A DNA stretch of 64,000 nucleotides from assembly GCA_038227445.1 (NCBI GenBank), contig JBBRPV010000005.1:584-64583 (forward strand). The letters are read 5' to 3'. A model generated the notes under the pieces. The model saw only the letters and a list, made by a program, of their open reading frames with translations, was not told where the DNA came from and made no database searches. The translations under genes and the position numbers were made by a program. Shown in pieces: positions 37,284 through 46,488 of the stretch; position 1 is the stretch's first letter, and each line of letters opens with the position of its first letter. The stretch is from Burkholderiales bacterium (GTDB lineage: Bacteria; Pseudomonadota; Gammaproteobacteria; Burkholderiales; Burkholderiaceae_C).

Positions 37284-38318
37284 TCAGTCCTCCGCCATGG
37301 CGGCTTCGCCGCGGGCGATGCGTTTCATGAAGTCGAGCGTCAGAAGGAGTTGCTTCATGCCTTCGACATCGAGCCGGTTTGTATTGTGCGAGTTGTAGTC
37401 CTCGCCATGGGTGATGCGCTGTTCTCCCTGTTCGATGAACTTGGCGTAGTTGAGGTCACGGCCATCGGGCGGTACTCGGAAGTAGTCGCCGAGGTCCTCG
37501 GCACAGGCGCGTTCCTCGCGGCTGAGCAGGGCCTCATAGAGCTTTTCGCCGTGACGGGTGCCAATCTCGCGCACCTCGTGGCTTGGTCGACGCAACAGCT
37601 CAAGCAGCGCGCGCGTCAGCACCTCCACGGTGGCGGCCGGCGCCTTCTGGACGAAGATGTCGCCGTTTCCGCCGTGGCGGAAGGCGTATGTGACCAACTC
37701 GACCGCGTCATCGAGCGTCATCATGAATCGCGTCATCGCTGGGTCTGTGACGGTGATCGGTTTCCCGGCGAGGATCTGCTCGACGAAGAGCGGGATCACC
37801 GAACCGCGCGAGGCCATGACGTTGCCGTAGCGGGTGCCGCAGATGACGGTCGCAGTGTTTTCGAGGTTTCGCGAGGCGGCCACCATCACCTTCTCCATCA
37901 TCGCCTTGGAGATACCCATCGCGTTGATCGGGTAGACCGCCTTGTCGGTGCTCAGGCACACAACTCGCTGGACGCGCGCGGCAATCGCAGCCTCGAGCAC
38001 GTTTTCGGTCCCCAGCACGTTCGTGCGCACCGCCTCCATCGGATGGAACTCGCACGAGGGCACCTGTTTTAGGGCTGCAGCGTGAAAGCAGAAGTCCACC
38101 CCCCGCATCACTCCGGCCACTGCGCGCTCGTCGCGGACATCGCCCAGGTAGAACTTCAGCTTCCCGCTGCTATAGCGCTTGCGCATGTCGTCCTGTTTCT
38201 TCTCGTCGCGACTAAAGATGCGGATCTCTCGCAAATCGGACGACAGGAAACGGCGCAGGACGGCGTTTCCGAACGAGCCCGTTCCACCAGTAATTAACAG
38301 CGTTCTATCTTTGAACAT
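37284..38318 (-). CDS. fnlA: FnlA/WbjB/Cap5E UDP-GlcNAc 4,6-dehydratase/5-epimerase
   Basis: LITGGTGSFG, SRDEKKQDDMR, HAAALKQVPSCEF, TRYGNVMASRGS. Confidence 0.93.
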   Translation of the reverse strand: MFKDRTLLITGGTGSFGNAVLRRFLSSDLREIRIFSRDEKKQDDMRKRYSSGKLKFYLGDVRDERAVAGVMRGVDFCFHAAALKQVPSCEFHPMEAVRTNVLGTENVLEAAIAARVQRVVCLSTDKAVYPINAMGISKAMMEKVMVAASRNLENTATVICGTRYGNVMASRGSVIPLFVEQILAGKPITVTDPAMTRFMMTLDDAVELVTYAFRHGGNGDIFVQKAPAATVEVLTRALLELLRRPSHEVREIGTRHGEKLYEALLSREERACAEDLGDYFRVPPDGRDLNYAKFIEQGEQRITHGEDYNSHNTNRLDVEGMKQLLLTLDFMKRIARGEAAMAED

Positions 38319-38376
38319 GGTTTTCTTGGATCGGGAGAGATGACGGTAGTCGTTGTTCGTGGAGGCGCGTGAGCCC

Positions 38377-39105
38377 TCACGCAATCGATGCAGGGCGCGC
38401 CAGCGCGCCGCAGTGATAGCAAAAGAAGCGCGAAGCCAGAATCGGGTTCATGCGCAGCATGGCCCGGCGTAGCAGCATTCGCGTGCGCCCCTTCAGGTTC
38501 GACGTGTTGAATCGGTGCACGTCCAGCGAATGATCGAAGAGCTGCAGATCCATCACGTCGAGTCCCGAAGTCTGCAAGAGCACCAAAAAGTGCTCTGGAC
38601 TGTAGGCGTTGATGTGGCCGGTGTTGAGCGCCGCCTGAAGCACGGCCCTCGGGATCCGAACACGTTGCTCGCAAGGCACCTCGATGTAGATCAGTTTTCC
38701 CGCCACTCGTGCGAGCTCGGCGATGAAGCCGCGCGGATTGGGAACATGCTCGACCACATGACTGGCCACGACCAGATCGAAGCTGCGGTCGGCAAACGGA
38801 AGCGTGATGCCGTCGTAGGCGCGCAAATCCAGACCCTTCGCGCCAGGATCGACATGCGCGGTCGGATCGGCAAGATCCACCCCGACATGGCGGGTGCCGA
38901 TCTTGCGCCGCGCAACCTCCGCCAGAACCGAACCAGTACCGCAGCCGACTTCGAGAACCGAGCCCACTGGCCTGCCCGCGAGCAGGCGTTCGAGGTTGGT
39001 CGTCTTGTCGATTGCGCCCAGGCGCCGCCACTCGAGCTCGGAGGGGCTGTATGTTCCTTCGTAGTGGCGGTTGAGCGCCTGGGTTTCGTATGGCCTAACT
39101 AGCAT
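38377..39105 (-). CDS. Class I SAM-dependent methyltransferase
   Basis: VLEVGCGTG, FDLVVASHVVEHV. Confidence 0.85.
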   Translation of the reverse strand: MLVRPYETQALNRHYEGTYSPSELEWRRLGAIDKTTNLERLLAGRPVGSVLEVGCGTGSVLAEVARRKIGTRHVGVDLADPTAHVDPGAKGLDLRAYDGITLPFADRSFDLVVASHVVEHVPNPRGFIAELARVAGKLIYIEVPCEQRVRIPRAVLQAALNTGHINAYSPEHFLVLLQTSGLDVMDLQLFDHSLDVHRFNTSNLKGRTRMLLRRAMLRMNPILASRFFCYHCGALARPASIA

Positions 39106-39192
39106 GTTGGTCTTTCGTTGACGGAAGCGTCGCGCGGCGCTGTCCGCTTCGCTCGCGGAGACACGAGTTAATTGGCGAAACGGCCGTCGGGT

Positions 39193-39906
39193 TCAATGAC
39201 GGCGTACGAAGAGGAATTCCTCGTTGCTGACGGGCGAGCGCCAGGCACAACGGAATCCAAGATCGTTGAGTGTCTTCACGGCATCGGCGGTCGAGCGTCG
39301 ACCGAAGACTTCCCATCGATGGTGAAATTCTATGCAGATGGTCTCGATATTCGGCGCCAATCGCCTGAAGTCGTCGCTGGCAAGAAGTGCGTACTCGGCG
39401 CCTTCGATGTCAAGCTTCAGCAGATCGATTCGCTCACAGCCCACGCGTTCGAAGACGTCTCCCAGGCTGATCAACTGGACCTGGATCTTTTTCGAGCCGA
39501 CGTGTCCTGCCTTTGTCAGGGAGCCGCTCACATGCGCCTCTTCGTTCGGCAAGTAGAACTCGGCAGGACCGCGCTGCGCCGCCACGCCGACTTCGTGCAA
39601 CACAAAACCCGGTGGCGCCGACTCTCGAACGAACCTGATGGCCCTCGGTGTCGGATCGAATCCGTGCGCCACGCATCCGTACTTCGCCATCAGCGAGGTC
39701 GTGAACGAGATGTCCTCGCCGAGACCGACATCGACCACGACTGATGCGCGACGCAGCGAATCGCGCGGGATGTTCCACCCGCAATAGTCGTTGCCGTGGA
39801 ACTCGAGTTTCGTCGAGGTTTGTAGCGGTACATAGGGCTCGATGCGCAGTGCTTGCTTGGACAGCACGCGAAGCCGCCGGTAGGTTTTCAGCAGGGTCGC
39901 TTGCAT
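39193..39906 (-). CDS. FkbM-family methyltransferase
   Basis: VVDVGLGEDISF, GFDPTP, IDLLKLDIEGAEY, ICIEFH. Confidence 0.85.
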   Translation of the reverse strand: MQATLLKTYRRLRVLSKQALRIEPYVPLQTSTKLEFHGNDYCGWNIPRDSLRRASVVVDVGLGEDISFTTSLMAKYGCVAHGFDPTPRAIRFVRESAPPGFVLHEVGVAAQRGPAEFYLPNEEAHVSGSLTKAGHVGSKKIQVQLISLGDVFERVGCERIDLLKLDIEGAEYALLASDDFRRLAPNIETICIEFHHRWEVFGRRSTADAVKTLNDLGFRCAWRSPVSNEEFLFVRRH

Positions 39907-39950
39907 TGTCGATTCTTGGCGTTCGTCATGGAGGTGCGATAAAAGTCGCA

Positions 39951-40733
39951 TCAGCCAGATCTTCGAATAGACCCAAAGAGCGCCTGTTTGGCGATCGGGT
40001 CCGGGTAGCTGATGAGAACGGCTCGATAGGAGCCCTTGAAGACAAATAGGCTTCCCGCTGCAGCGCCGACGATACCGCAGGCCTCGACCAGCGTGCTCAG
40101 GTCGGCCAGCGAACCCGCGCCGCCGAGGACTGTCATCGGGATGCGAACCGTCTCGCGCACGCGCTTGGCCAGACCAAGGTCGTAGCCCTTCATCTGGCCA
40201 TCGTTCTCGATCGAGTTGATGACGATCTCGCCGGCGCCGCGAGTCTGCGCGTCGAGCGCCACGTCGAGCACCGCCTTCTTGGTGTTCTTGCGGCCGTTGT
40301 GCGTCCACACGTCGTATTCTTTGCCGAGCAGACGCTTCTTCACATCGAGCACGACCACGACGCTCTGGCTGCCGATCTCTTCGGCAATGCGCGTGATCAG
40401 CGTCGGGTCGTCGAGCGCGGCCGCGCTGAGCGCGACCTTTTCCACGCCAAGGCCGATGATCTTCTTGGCCTGTTGCACCGTGCGCACGCCGCCGCCGTAA
40501 CAGAGCGGCATGCGGCATTCAGCGGCGAGCCGGGCGATCAGTTTGAAGTCGGGCTCGGCGTTGTTGACGGTGGCGTCGATGTCGAGCACGATCAGTTCGT
40601 CGGCTTCTTTTTCATTGAAGATCTTGACCGCGTTGATCGGGTCGCCCACGTACTTCGGATCCTTGAAGCCGACGGTCTTCACGAGGCCGCCTTCGTGCAC
40701 GAGCAGGCAAGGGGTGATTCTGGGCCTCAGCAT
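39951..40733 (-). CDS. HisF2/WbuZ-like cyclase subunit (glycan-associated)
   Basis: LVKTVGF..YVGDPINAVKIFNEKEADEL, YGGG, GYDL, AAAGSLFVF. Confidence 0.9.
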   Translation of the reverse strand: MLRPRITPCLLVHEGGLVKTVGFKDPKYVGDPINAVKIFNEKEADELIVLDIDATVNNAEPDFKLIARLAAECRMPLCYGGGVRTVQQAKKIIGLGVEKVALSAAALDDPTLITRIAEEIGSQSVVVVLDVKKRLLGKEYDVWTHNGRKNTKKAVLDVALDAQTRGAGEIVINSIENDGQMKGYDLGLAKRVRETVRIPMTVLGGAGSLADLSTLVEACGIVGAAAGSLFVFKGSYRAVLISYPDPIAKQALFGSIRRSG

Positions 40734-40734
40734 G

Positions 40735-41349
40735 TCAGAGCTCCGCGAAGTTCTGGAGCAGCCGGGCGCCCCAGTGGTGGCTCTTTTCGGGGTGAAACTG
40801 AACCCCGAAAATGTTGCCCGAGCGCACGCTGCAGGCAAAGTCGATGCCATAACTGGCCGTCGCAGCCACGTTCTCAGCGTTCGCACATTGAAAGAAGAAC
40901 GAGTGCAGGAAGTAGAAGCGCGCGTCGTCGTTCATGTTCACGAAGAGCGGCATCCCGGTTGCTGGCCGTGCGTCATTCCAGCCCATGTGCGGCAGCGCCA
41001 GGCCTGCCGCTTCAGGCAGTGACCCGAAGGCACGCACGCGGCCGTCGATCCAGCCCAGGCCTTGCAGCTTGCCTTCGTCGCTGCCCTTGGCCAGGATCTG
41101 CATGCCGACGCAGATGCCGAGCACAGGCACCTTGTCTTTCAGCACCAGTTGATCGAGCGTGGCGCGCATGCCCGAAGCGTCGAGCAGCTCCATTGCATGG
41201 TCGAACGCGCCCACGCCGGGCAGGATGATCTTGTCTGCGCCGACCAGCTCGTCTGCCGTTCGGGCGACGCGGGCTTCGATGTTCAAGCGCTTGAACATGT
41301 TGGCGAACGCGAGGATGTTCCCCAGCCCGTAGTCGACGATGGCAATCAT
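40735..41349 (-). CDS. HisH2/WbuY-like glutamine amidotransferase subunit
   Basis: DYGLGN, PGVGAF, LGICVGMQ, GVQFHPEKS. Confidence 0.92.
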   Translation of the reverse strand: MIAIVDYGLGNILAFANMFKRLNIEARVARTADELVGADKIILPGVGAFDHAMELLDASGMRATLDQLVLKDKVPVLGICVGMQILAKGSDEGKLQGLGWIDGRVRAFGSLPEAAGLALPHMGWNDARPATGMPLFVNMNDDARFYFLHSFFFQCANAENVAATASYGIDFACSVRSGNIFGVQFHPEKSHHWGARLLQNFAEL

Positions 41350-42485
41350 CGGATGATGGCCCGCTGCACGCCCACCGCGCGCATGACCTTGGTGCCGAGT
41401 TCGATCAGGCCCATCGCGTTGGCGTAGTCTTTGTAGCTCTTGTTCTCGCCGTCCATGATCTGCTGGAGCTCGGGCACGCTGAGGTCGAGCTTGGTGGCGA
41501 TGTATTCGAAGTCTTCGGCCAGGCTTTCGGCGCTATAGGCGGTCTTGGCGATGCGCTCGAGTGCGTCGGCGCGCGAGAGCTGGCCGGTCAGAATCAGGCT
41601 CGAGAAGTGCGCGCGGCGCTTGTCGTAGCCGAACTTGGTGGGCAGCCAGTAGCCTTCGTAGAAGCGCGTGAAGCGCGACTCGTAGTGCTTGTGCGCGTAC
41701 TTCTGCCAGCCGAACTTGTCGACCAGCTCCTGCATTGCTTCTTCTTTGTGGAACGGGACCTCGTTGAGCGGCTTGACGATGCGCACGCCCTTCACGAATC
41801 GGTAGTAGAGCTTGTAGGTGAAGATGTCCGCCTGCGGAAAGGTCTTCAGCGGCCGCTTGCCGAAACGGCGGTGAATGTCACGCAGCTGGCGCAGGTCGGA
41901 GGCGTGGTAGTGCCACTCGAGCGGCTCGCGCACGCACTCGGTCGAATAGTTGGCTCCTGTCAGGATGTACTTGAACTTATTCTTGGCGGCGAAGTTGTAG
42001 AGGGAAGCAAAGAACGCATGGTCTTGCGGCGTGTCGATGTGCGGAACCTGGGCCTTGAAGAACGCGAGTTGCAGGTCTTTCATCTCTTCCCAGTTGACGA
42101 CCTCGGTGTGCAGGTCCAGGCCCAGGCCGTCGACCATTGCCTCGATGTTGTTGACCGCCTGCTGAGAGTTCCAGCCGGCATCGACGTGAAAGAGCAGCGG
42201 ACGCAGGCCGAACTTTGCCTTCGCAAGGTAGGCGACGTACGAGCTGTCGACACCACCGCTGATGCCGATCAGGCAGTCGTGGTCACGTCCCTTGCCGTCG
42301 CGCTTGATCTGCTCCACTTGTGCGGCAATGCGCTTGGCGCCTCGCTCGTCGGGGTGCCAGTTCGGCAGGATGTTGGTGTGGTAGTTGTTGCAGTAGTCGC
42401 ACCAACCGCGCGAGTCGAACGTGATGTTCGAGTCGGACGTGTCCATGATGCAGTTACTGCAGATGTTGTACTTGGTTGACTTCAT
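41346..42485 (-). CDS. N-acetyl sugar amidotransferase, WbpG/WbuX family
   Basis: N-terminal Cys pairs, DCLIGISGGVDSS PP-loop, PQDHA, KHYESRFT. Confidence 0.9.
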   Translation of the reverse strand: MKSTKYNICSNCIMDTSDSNITFDSRGWCDYCNNYHTNILPNWHPDERGAKRIAAQVEQIKRDGKGRDHDCLIGISGGVDSSYVAYLAKAKFGLRPLLFHVDAGWNSQQAVNNIEAMVDGLGLDLHTEVVNWEEMKDLQLAFFKAQVPHIDTPQDHAFFASLYNFAAKNKFKYILTGANYSTECVREPLEWHYHASDLRQLRDIHRRFGKRPLKTFPQADIFTYKLYYRFVKGVRIVKPLNEVPFHKEEAMQELVDKFGWQKYAHKHYESRFTRFYEGYWLPTKFGYDKRRAHFSSLILTGQLSRADALERIAKTAYSAESLAEDFEYIATKLDLSVPELQQIMDGENKSYKDYANAMGLIELGTKVMRAVGVQRAIIR

Positions 42486-42537
42486 GGCGGCGGGAGCAGG
42501 TCGGCGAAATAAGAGTGTCGATGCGGAACAGCGTGCG

Positions 42538-43749
42538 TCACGCGTTCTCCGGCTTGCGCCGCCAGGCCGTGACGGCCCGCTGGAGAACGTCGGTGAAGCG
42601 CCGAGCGATTGGCACATAGTCGTAGTTGTCGAGCACGTAGCTGCGGGCCTTGGCTCCAATCTCCGCAAGGCGTTCGTCTGGCAGCGAAGCGAGCCCCATG
42701 AGCTTGCTTCTGAAATCATCCACGCTGCCCGGTGCGAAGAGGAAAGCGTTGCCGCTCGGGGCGCGCTGATTGTTGATCTCGTTTTCTTCAAACAGCACCG
42801 GCAGGCCGCATGACTGTGCTTCAAAGAAGCTCAGGCTGCATTGTTTCGCAAACACCGCGAGGTCGGCCGCTTGATAGAACTGCGCCAGGTCGAAATAGCG
42901 TTGGGTAGGCAGACGAACGAGCTTATTCTCGCTGGTTGAGAAACGGCGCTCGACTTCCTCGCCGTAGCTGCCATCGCTGGTGCCGATGACTAGCAATTCG
43001 ATTGTCCGGCCCGCCGCGAGTGGGAACTTTTGGTGCAATGTCTCTGCTAGGAAGGCGCCGCCTTTGGTTTCGTCCAGCTTGCCGGCATACAGGACGAGGA
43101 AGGCGTCAGGATCGATGCCAATGCGGGCGCGAACGGCTTTCCGTGCTTCTGCGTTGGGGCTGAAATGAAAGGTGTCCGTGCCGAACGAAAGTAGATCCGT
43201 ATGGGCCAGCGGGATACCCAAACATTTCTGAACGTAGTCGCTGTCCACGACCCTGATCAGAGGGATGTTCTCGCGCAGGATGACGGGCGTGATAAAGCGC
43301 CGGAAGAACGCCCGGAAGTATTCCCGGAACCGATTGAGCGACGCCATTTCGAGCATGTGGCAATCCAGAACGAGTGGGTACTTCAGCCACTTCGAGAGGC
43401 GGACGAACAGCATGCCAGTGACAGTGTCCTCGCCATGGACGAAAACCACGTCTGGTTTAAGCCTGGAGACCGTTTGAACAAGCAGGCGCGGATAGAAGAT
43501 CGCGCGCCCGCTGTAGAAGCCCAACAACGGAACCCGCAAGATGCTGACGCCGGTTTCGCGCTCGAACGCTCTGTCCTTTTCGGGGATGTTGTCCGTACCG
43601 AAGAAGGCCGTGAGAAATGAAGGTACCTTGTCGAGTTCTGCCGTAACCACGGTGACTCCGTTGCCTTCCGCCTGCTGAAGGCGAGAGAGCAGATTGACCT
43701 GGTAGCCGGCATCCGGGTGGAAAAAATCTTCGACGTGGACAATGTTCAT
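42538..43749 (-). CDS. GT4-like glycosyltransferase
   Basis: YAGKLDETKG, SLSFFEAQSCGLPV; GT-B fold pattern. Confidence 0.8.
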   Translation of the reverse strand: MNIVHVEDFFHPDAGYQVNLLSRLQQAEGNGVTVVTAELDKVPSFLTAFFGTDNIPEKDRAFERETGVSILRVPLLGFYSGRAIFYPRLLVQTVSRLKPDVVFVHGEDTVTGMLFVRLSKWLKYPLVLDCHMLEMASLNRFREYFRAFFRRFITPVILRENIPLIRVVDSDYVQKCLGIPLAHTDLLSFGTDTFHFSPNAEARKAVRARIGIDPDAFLVLYAGKLDETKGGAFLAETLHQKFPLAAGRTIELLVIGTSDGSYGEEVERRFSTSENKLVRLPTQRYFDLAQFYQAADLAVFAKQCSLSFFEAQSCGLPVLFEENEINNQRAPSGNAFLFAPGSVDDFRSKLMGLASLPDERLAEIGAKARSYVLDNYDYVPIARRFTDVLQRAVTAWRRKPENA

Positions 43750-43769
43750 GGAATGAAATGGAAAGGAAT
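43750..43769. repeat. Four degenerate pentamers GGAAT-GAAAT-GGAAA-GGAAT abutting a start codon
   Basis: Read directly; the coding strand reads ATTCC TTTCC ATTTC ATTCC ATG. Confidence 0.55.
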
Positions 43770-43781
43770 GGGCAGCGGCGA

Positions 43782-45122
43782 TCAGGCCAGAGATACCGAA
43801 TCGGCACAGCTGGTGGGGACGGAGCGCTCGCGCTCGGATTTAATCGGGCGACGATGCATTGACGGCTTGCGAGCAAGCCAGAGCAGCAGCAGTGTCATCG
43901 CACCGCCGCCAGATAGCACTGCGGTGGACAGTGGAAGATTGAGCATGGCCAGCCAGAATCCCACGAGCCACAAAACCACGAATCGCGGGGAGTAGCCGCT
44001 GGCGATGCGATTGATGGCGAAGAACACTGCGCACAGCGCTGCGGTCACGACCGGCACACCCAGTACACCGAGTGCGGCAAATCCGTCGCTGGCCCAGAAA
44101 TTGGCGTTGAAATTCGCTTGTTCAGAACCGCTGTATTGAAGACCGATTAGCTGCCCGAGAGAGTACGCGCCGTACGGATACCCGCCGATCAATGCGTTGA
44201 CGGGCCCGATGTGGGTATAGAAGGTGTAACCGTTGGTCGAAAAGTAATCGTAGTAGGTCGTCATGTTCCAGCCACCCGCACCGAGCACGCGAAGCAGAAG
44301 AATCGACTTCACCCAAAACAAGACCCCATCGTCAGGGAGCAGTTCGATGACCAGGAGGATCGAGACGGCCAACACGGTGACAAGTCGCAGCAGGAAGTCC
44401 TCGCCCGAACCGAATAGCAAATTCAGTATGACGATGACCGCCGGCATCAGGATGGCAGCCTTCGATCCGGTCGCGGCGTAGATCAGTACACAGCCGAGCA
44501 GGCCGATCGCGAGGTCGGCAAGGTTGCGGCGTAGCACACCCCTGGCAAAGTAGAACGGCAAGAAGCAGTAGGACAACCATGAGATCAGGTAGTTCACGGT
44601 GCCGCTTCTCTCGTTCTCGTTGGCAGCGAAGCGCAAGTCGTAGACATCTTCAAACGACACCAGTCGCATGTATTCGTGGTAACTCGCCACGAGCACGATC
44701 ATCGAGACAACGGTCAGAACGCCGAGGATAGTCGCCAAGTGATGAACGGAGCGGATCGGCGCGTTGGCTTTGCATCCGAGTCCCGATGCCTGCAGTAGCG
44801 TCGCCATGCTCGCTGCCAGGAAAGCCTGCACGACTATCAATTCGCTGCTAGATCGTTCCCAATTGAAGACCATGATTAACTGCGCCGGAACATAACAAAG
44901 CGCGAAGATAAGCGCTGCGCCGTACGCTGCTGGCGCACCCGACGACCTGTACGCGACGACCGGCGCGCAAACGAGCAGATACGTGTAGAGCAGCTCGAGT
45001 TCAGATGGCGCAAGGTACAGGTAGTGGGCGTACTCGAATGCCGGGTTGATGAATGCGACGTAGGCATAGTGAAACACCGCGCCATAGGCCAGGGCTACCA
45101 GGGGCAACGGGAGCTTACGCAT
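43782..45122 (-). CDS. wzy: Probable O-unit polymerase (Wzy-like)
   Basis: About 10-12 TM helices with a large late loop; between wzx and a GT; no other polymerase candidate. Confidence 0.65.
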   Translation of the reverse strand: MRKLPLPLVALAYGAVFHYAYVAFINPAFEYAHYLYLAPSELELLYTYLLVCAPVVAYRSSGAPAAYGAALIFALCYVPAQLIMVFNWERSSSELIVVQAFLAASMATLLQASGLGCKANAPIRSVHHLATILGVLTVVSMIVLVASYHEYMRLVSFEDVYDLRFAANENERSGTVNYLISWLSYCFLPFYFARGVLRRNLADLAIGLLGCVLIYAATGSKAAILMPAVIVILNLLFGSGEDFLLRLVTVLAVSILLVIELLPDDGVLFWVKSILLLRVLGAGGWNMTTYYDYFSTNGYTFYTHIGPVNALIGGYPYGAYSLGQLIGLQYSGSEQANFNANFWASDGFAALGVLGVPVVTAALCAVFFAINRIASGYSPRFVVLWLVGFWLAMLNLPLSTAVLSGGGAMTLLLLWLARKPSMHRRPIKSERERSVPTSCADSVSLA

Positions 45123-46485
45123 GGGGCGTCCCTCCGGCGGCGGCCAGGTCGCTGCGCTTGCAGCAGCGGTAGGCCAGAACGACCATCAATGCAGACCCTG
45201 TGAGCGTGAGAAGCGAAGACAGCAAGAGCGCTCGCTCCAAGTCACCGCTCAAGCCACCAAGCACGACCCCGATCAACGGCAACGTTGTCACTGCGGTCTG
45301 TACGAGCAGGCCGAGTCGCACATGTCCGGTCGCAACGAAAACATAGCCGAACGGCTGCGAGATGAACTGGGCCAGTACGCCAATGCACAGACTCCGCGAC
45401 AGATCCCCAGAGGTGCGGTAGGCGTCGCCAAGAACGAATGCGAAGAGCGACGGGGCGATCAGGAAGAAGGCGCTGAAGACCGGTATCGCGAACAGTGCGA
45501 GCTTGCGCAGGGTGCGGCGGAAGAAACTGGAGGTCTCGAGCCCGTTGTTGAGTCGACCGACGAATTCGGGCCGGAACGCCTCGGCAACCGCACCCCCCAC
45601 GAGCGCACCCGGCACGAGCAGAAAGCGATAGGCAATGGCGTAGTGGCCAACCTCCCGCAGCGAAAACAGCGCCTGAAGCAAAAACGGCTGCGCGCTCAAG
45701 CCCAGCGTTGCCACGAACGAGGAAGGGAGTACGAACAAGGGAAAGTGCCCATACTCTTTCGCCGCCTTGACAAGACTGGCAATGCGCACAACGGGCCGCC
45801 GATCACTGTCGCGCGCCTTCCGAAAGCCGAGCCAGAGATATACCAAGCCGGCCGCGAGGCCCGCCACGAAGCCTGCGACCAGACCGCCAAACAACCTTGC
45901 GGCAGTCACCGCAAGCAACGTGCTGGCCCCTACGTTGGTGAGTGCGTTCACCACCTGACTGCGGGCAAAGCGCCCGTAGTCGTTTGTCCTCGCGCCCCAT
46001 TGCTGCGCGGACGTGTACGCTGCCGCGAGCACGGCGCTGAGTGGAAGCAGGAGGTAATGGCCGTGCGCCGGAACTCCGAGACCGAAGTGGCCAACGCACA
46101 GCGAGGCCAAGAGCACCAGCGAGAGCACCAGCGAGATCGACACCGTTAGGACAGTCAGGTCGACGGCCTTATCGTGCTCGCGCGGCAAAATGATCGACAG
46201 CTCGTATTTCAGGGTGAATAGGCCCGCGACGATGGCATGCAGCGCCGTGAACACAGCAAGCGCTCCGAAGTCCTCTGGTCGGTAAAGCCGGGTCAGCAGC
46301 GGTGTGGCAGCAACCACGGTCACCTGACTGGCGATCATGCCGGTGGCGATGCGGACGATGTTGCGCCGAAAGCGCGATTCGGGTTGGATGGCTTTTCCCT
46401 GCGTCAGCGAGGTGTCAGGCACGACTGGCAGTAGACGCAGATCGCTTGTTGAAGAAAGCACGCTGTCACCCTGCCGCTCAACCAA
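45115..46485 (-). CDS. wzx: O-unit flippase
   Basis: TPLLTRLYRPEDFG, YELSIILP, EVGHYAIAYR; start uncertain. Confidence 0.85.
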   Translation of the reverse strand: MVERQGDSVLSSTSDLRLLPVVPDTSLTQGKAIQPESRFRRNIVRIATGMIASQVTVVAATPLLTRLYRPEDFGALAVFTALHAIVAGLFTLKYELSIILPREHDKAVDLTVLTVSISLVLSLVLLASLCVGHFGLGVPAHGHYLLLPLSAVLAAAYTSAQQWGARTNDYGRFARSQVVNALTNVGASTLLAVTAARLFGGLVAGFVAGLAAGLVYLWLGFRKARDSDRRPVVRIASLVKAAKEYGHFPLFVLPSSFVATLGLSAQPFLLQALFSLREVGHYAIAYRFLLVPGALVGGAVAEAFRPEFVGRLNNGLETSSFFRRTLRKLALFAIPVFSAFFLIAPSLFAFVLGDAYRTSGDLSRSLCIGVLAQFISQPFGYVFVATGHVRLGLLVQTAVTTLPLIGVVLGGLSGDLERALLLSSLLTLTGSALMVVLAYRCCKRSDLAAAGGTPHA

Positions 46486-46488
46486 GGA

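Noticed and set aside
39172-39744. 190-aa plus-strand ORF with protein-like composition
   Set aside because: Lies antisense to the FkbM methyltransferase, which has clear motifs
39951-41349. Histidine biosynthesis genes hisF/hisH
   Set aside because: Adjacent to a WbpG-type amidotransferase with no other his genes; treated as glycan-associated paralogs
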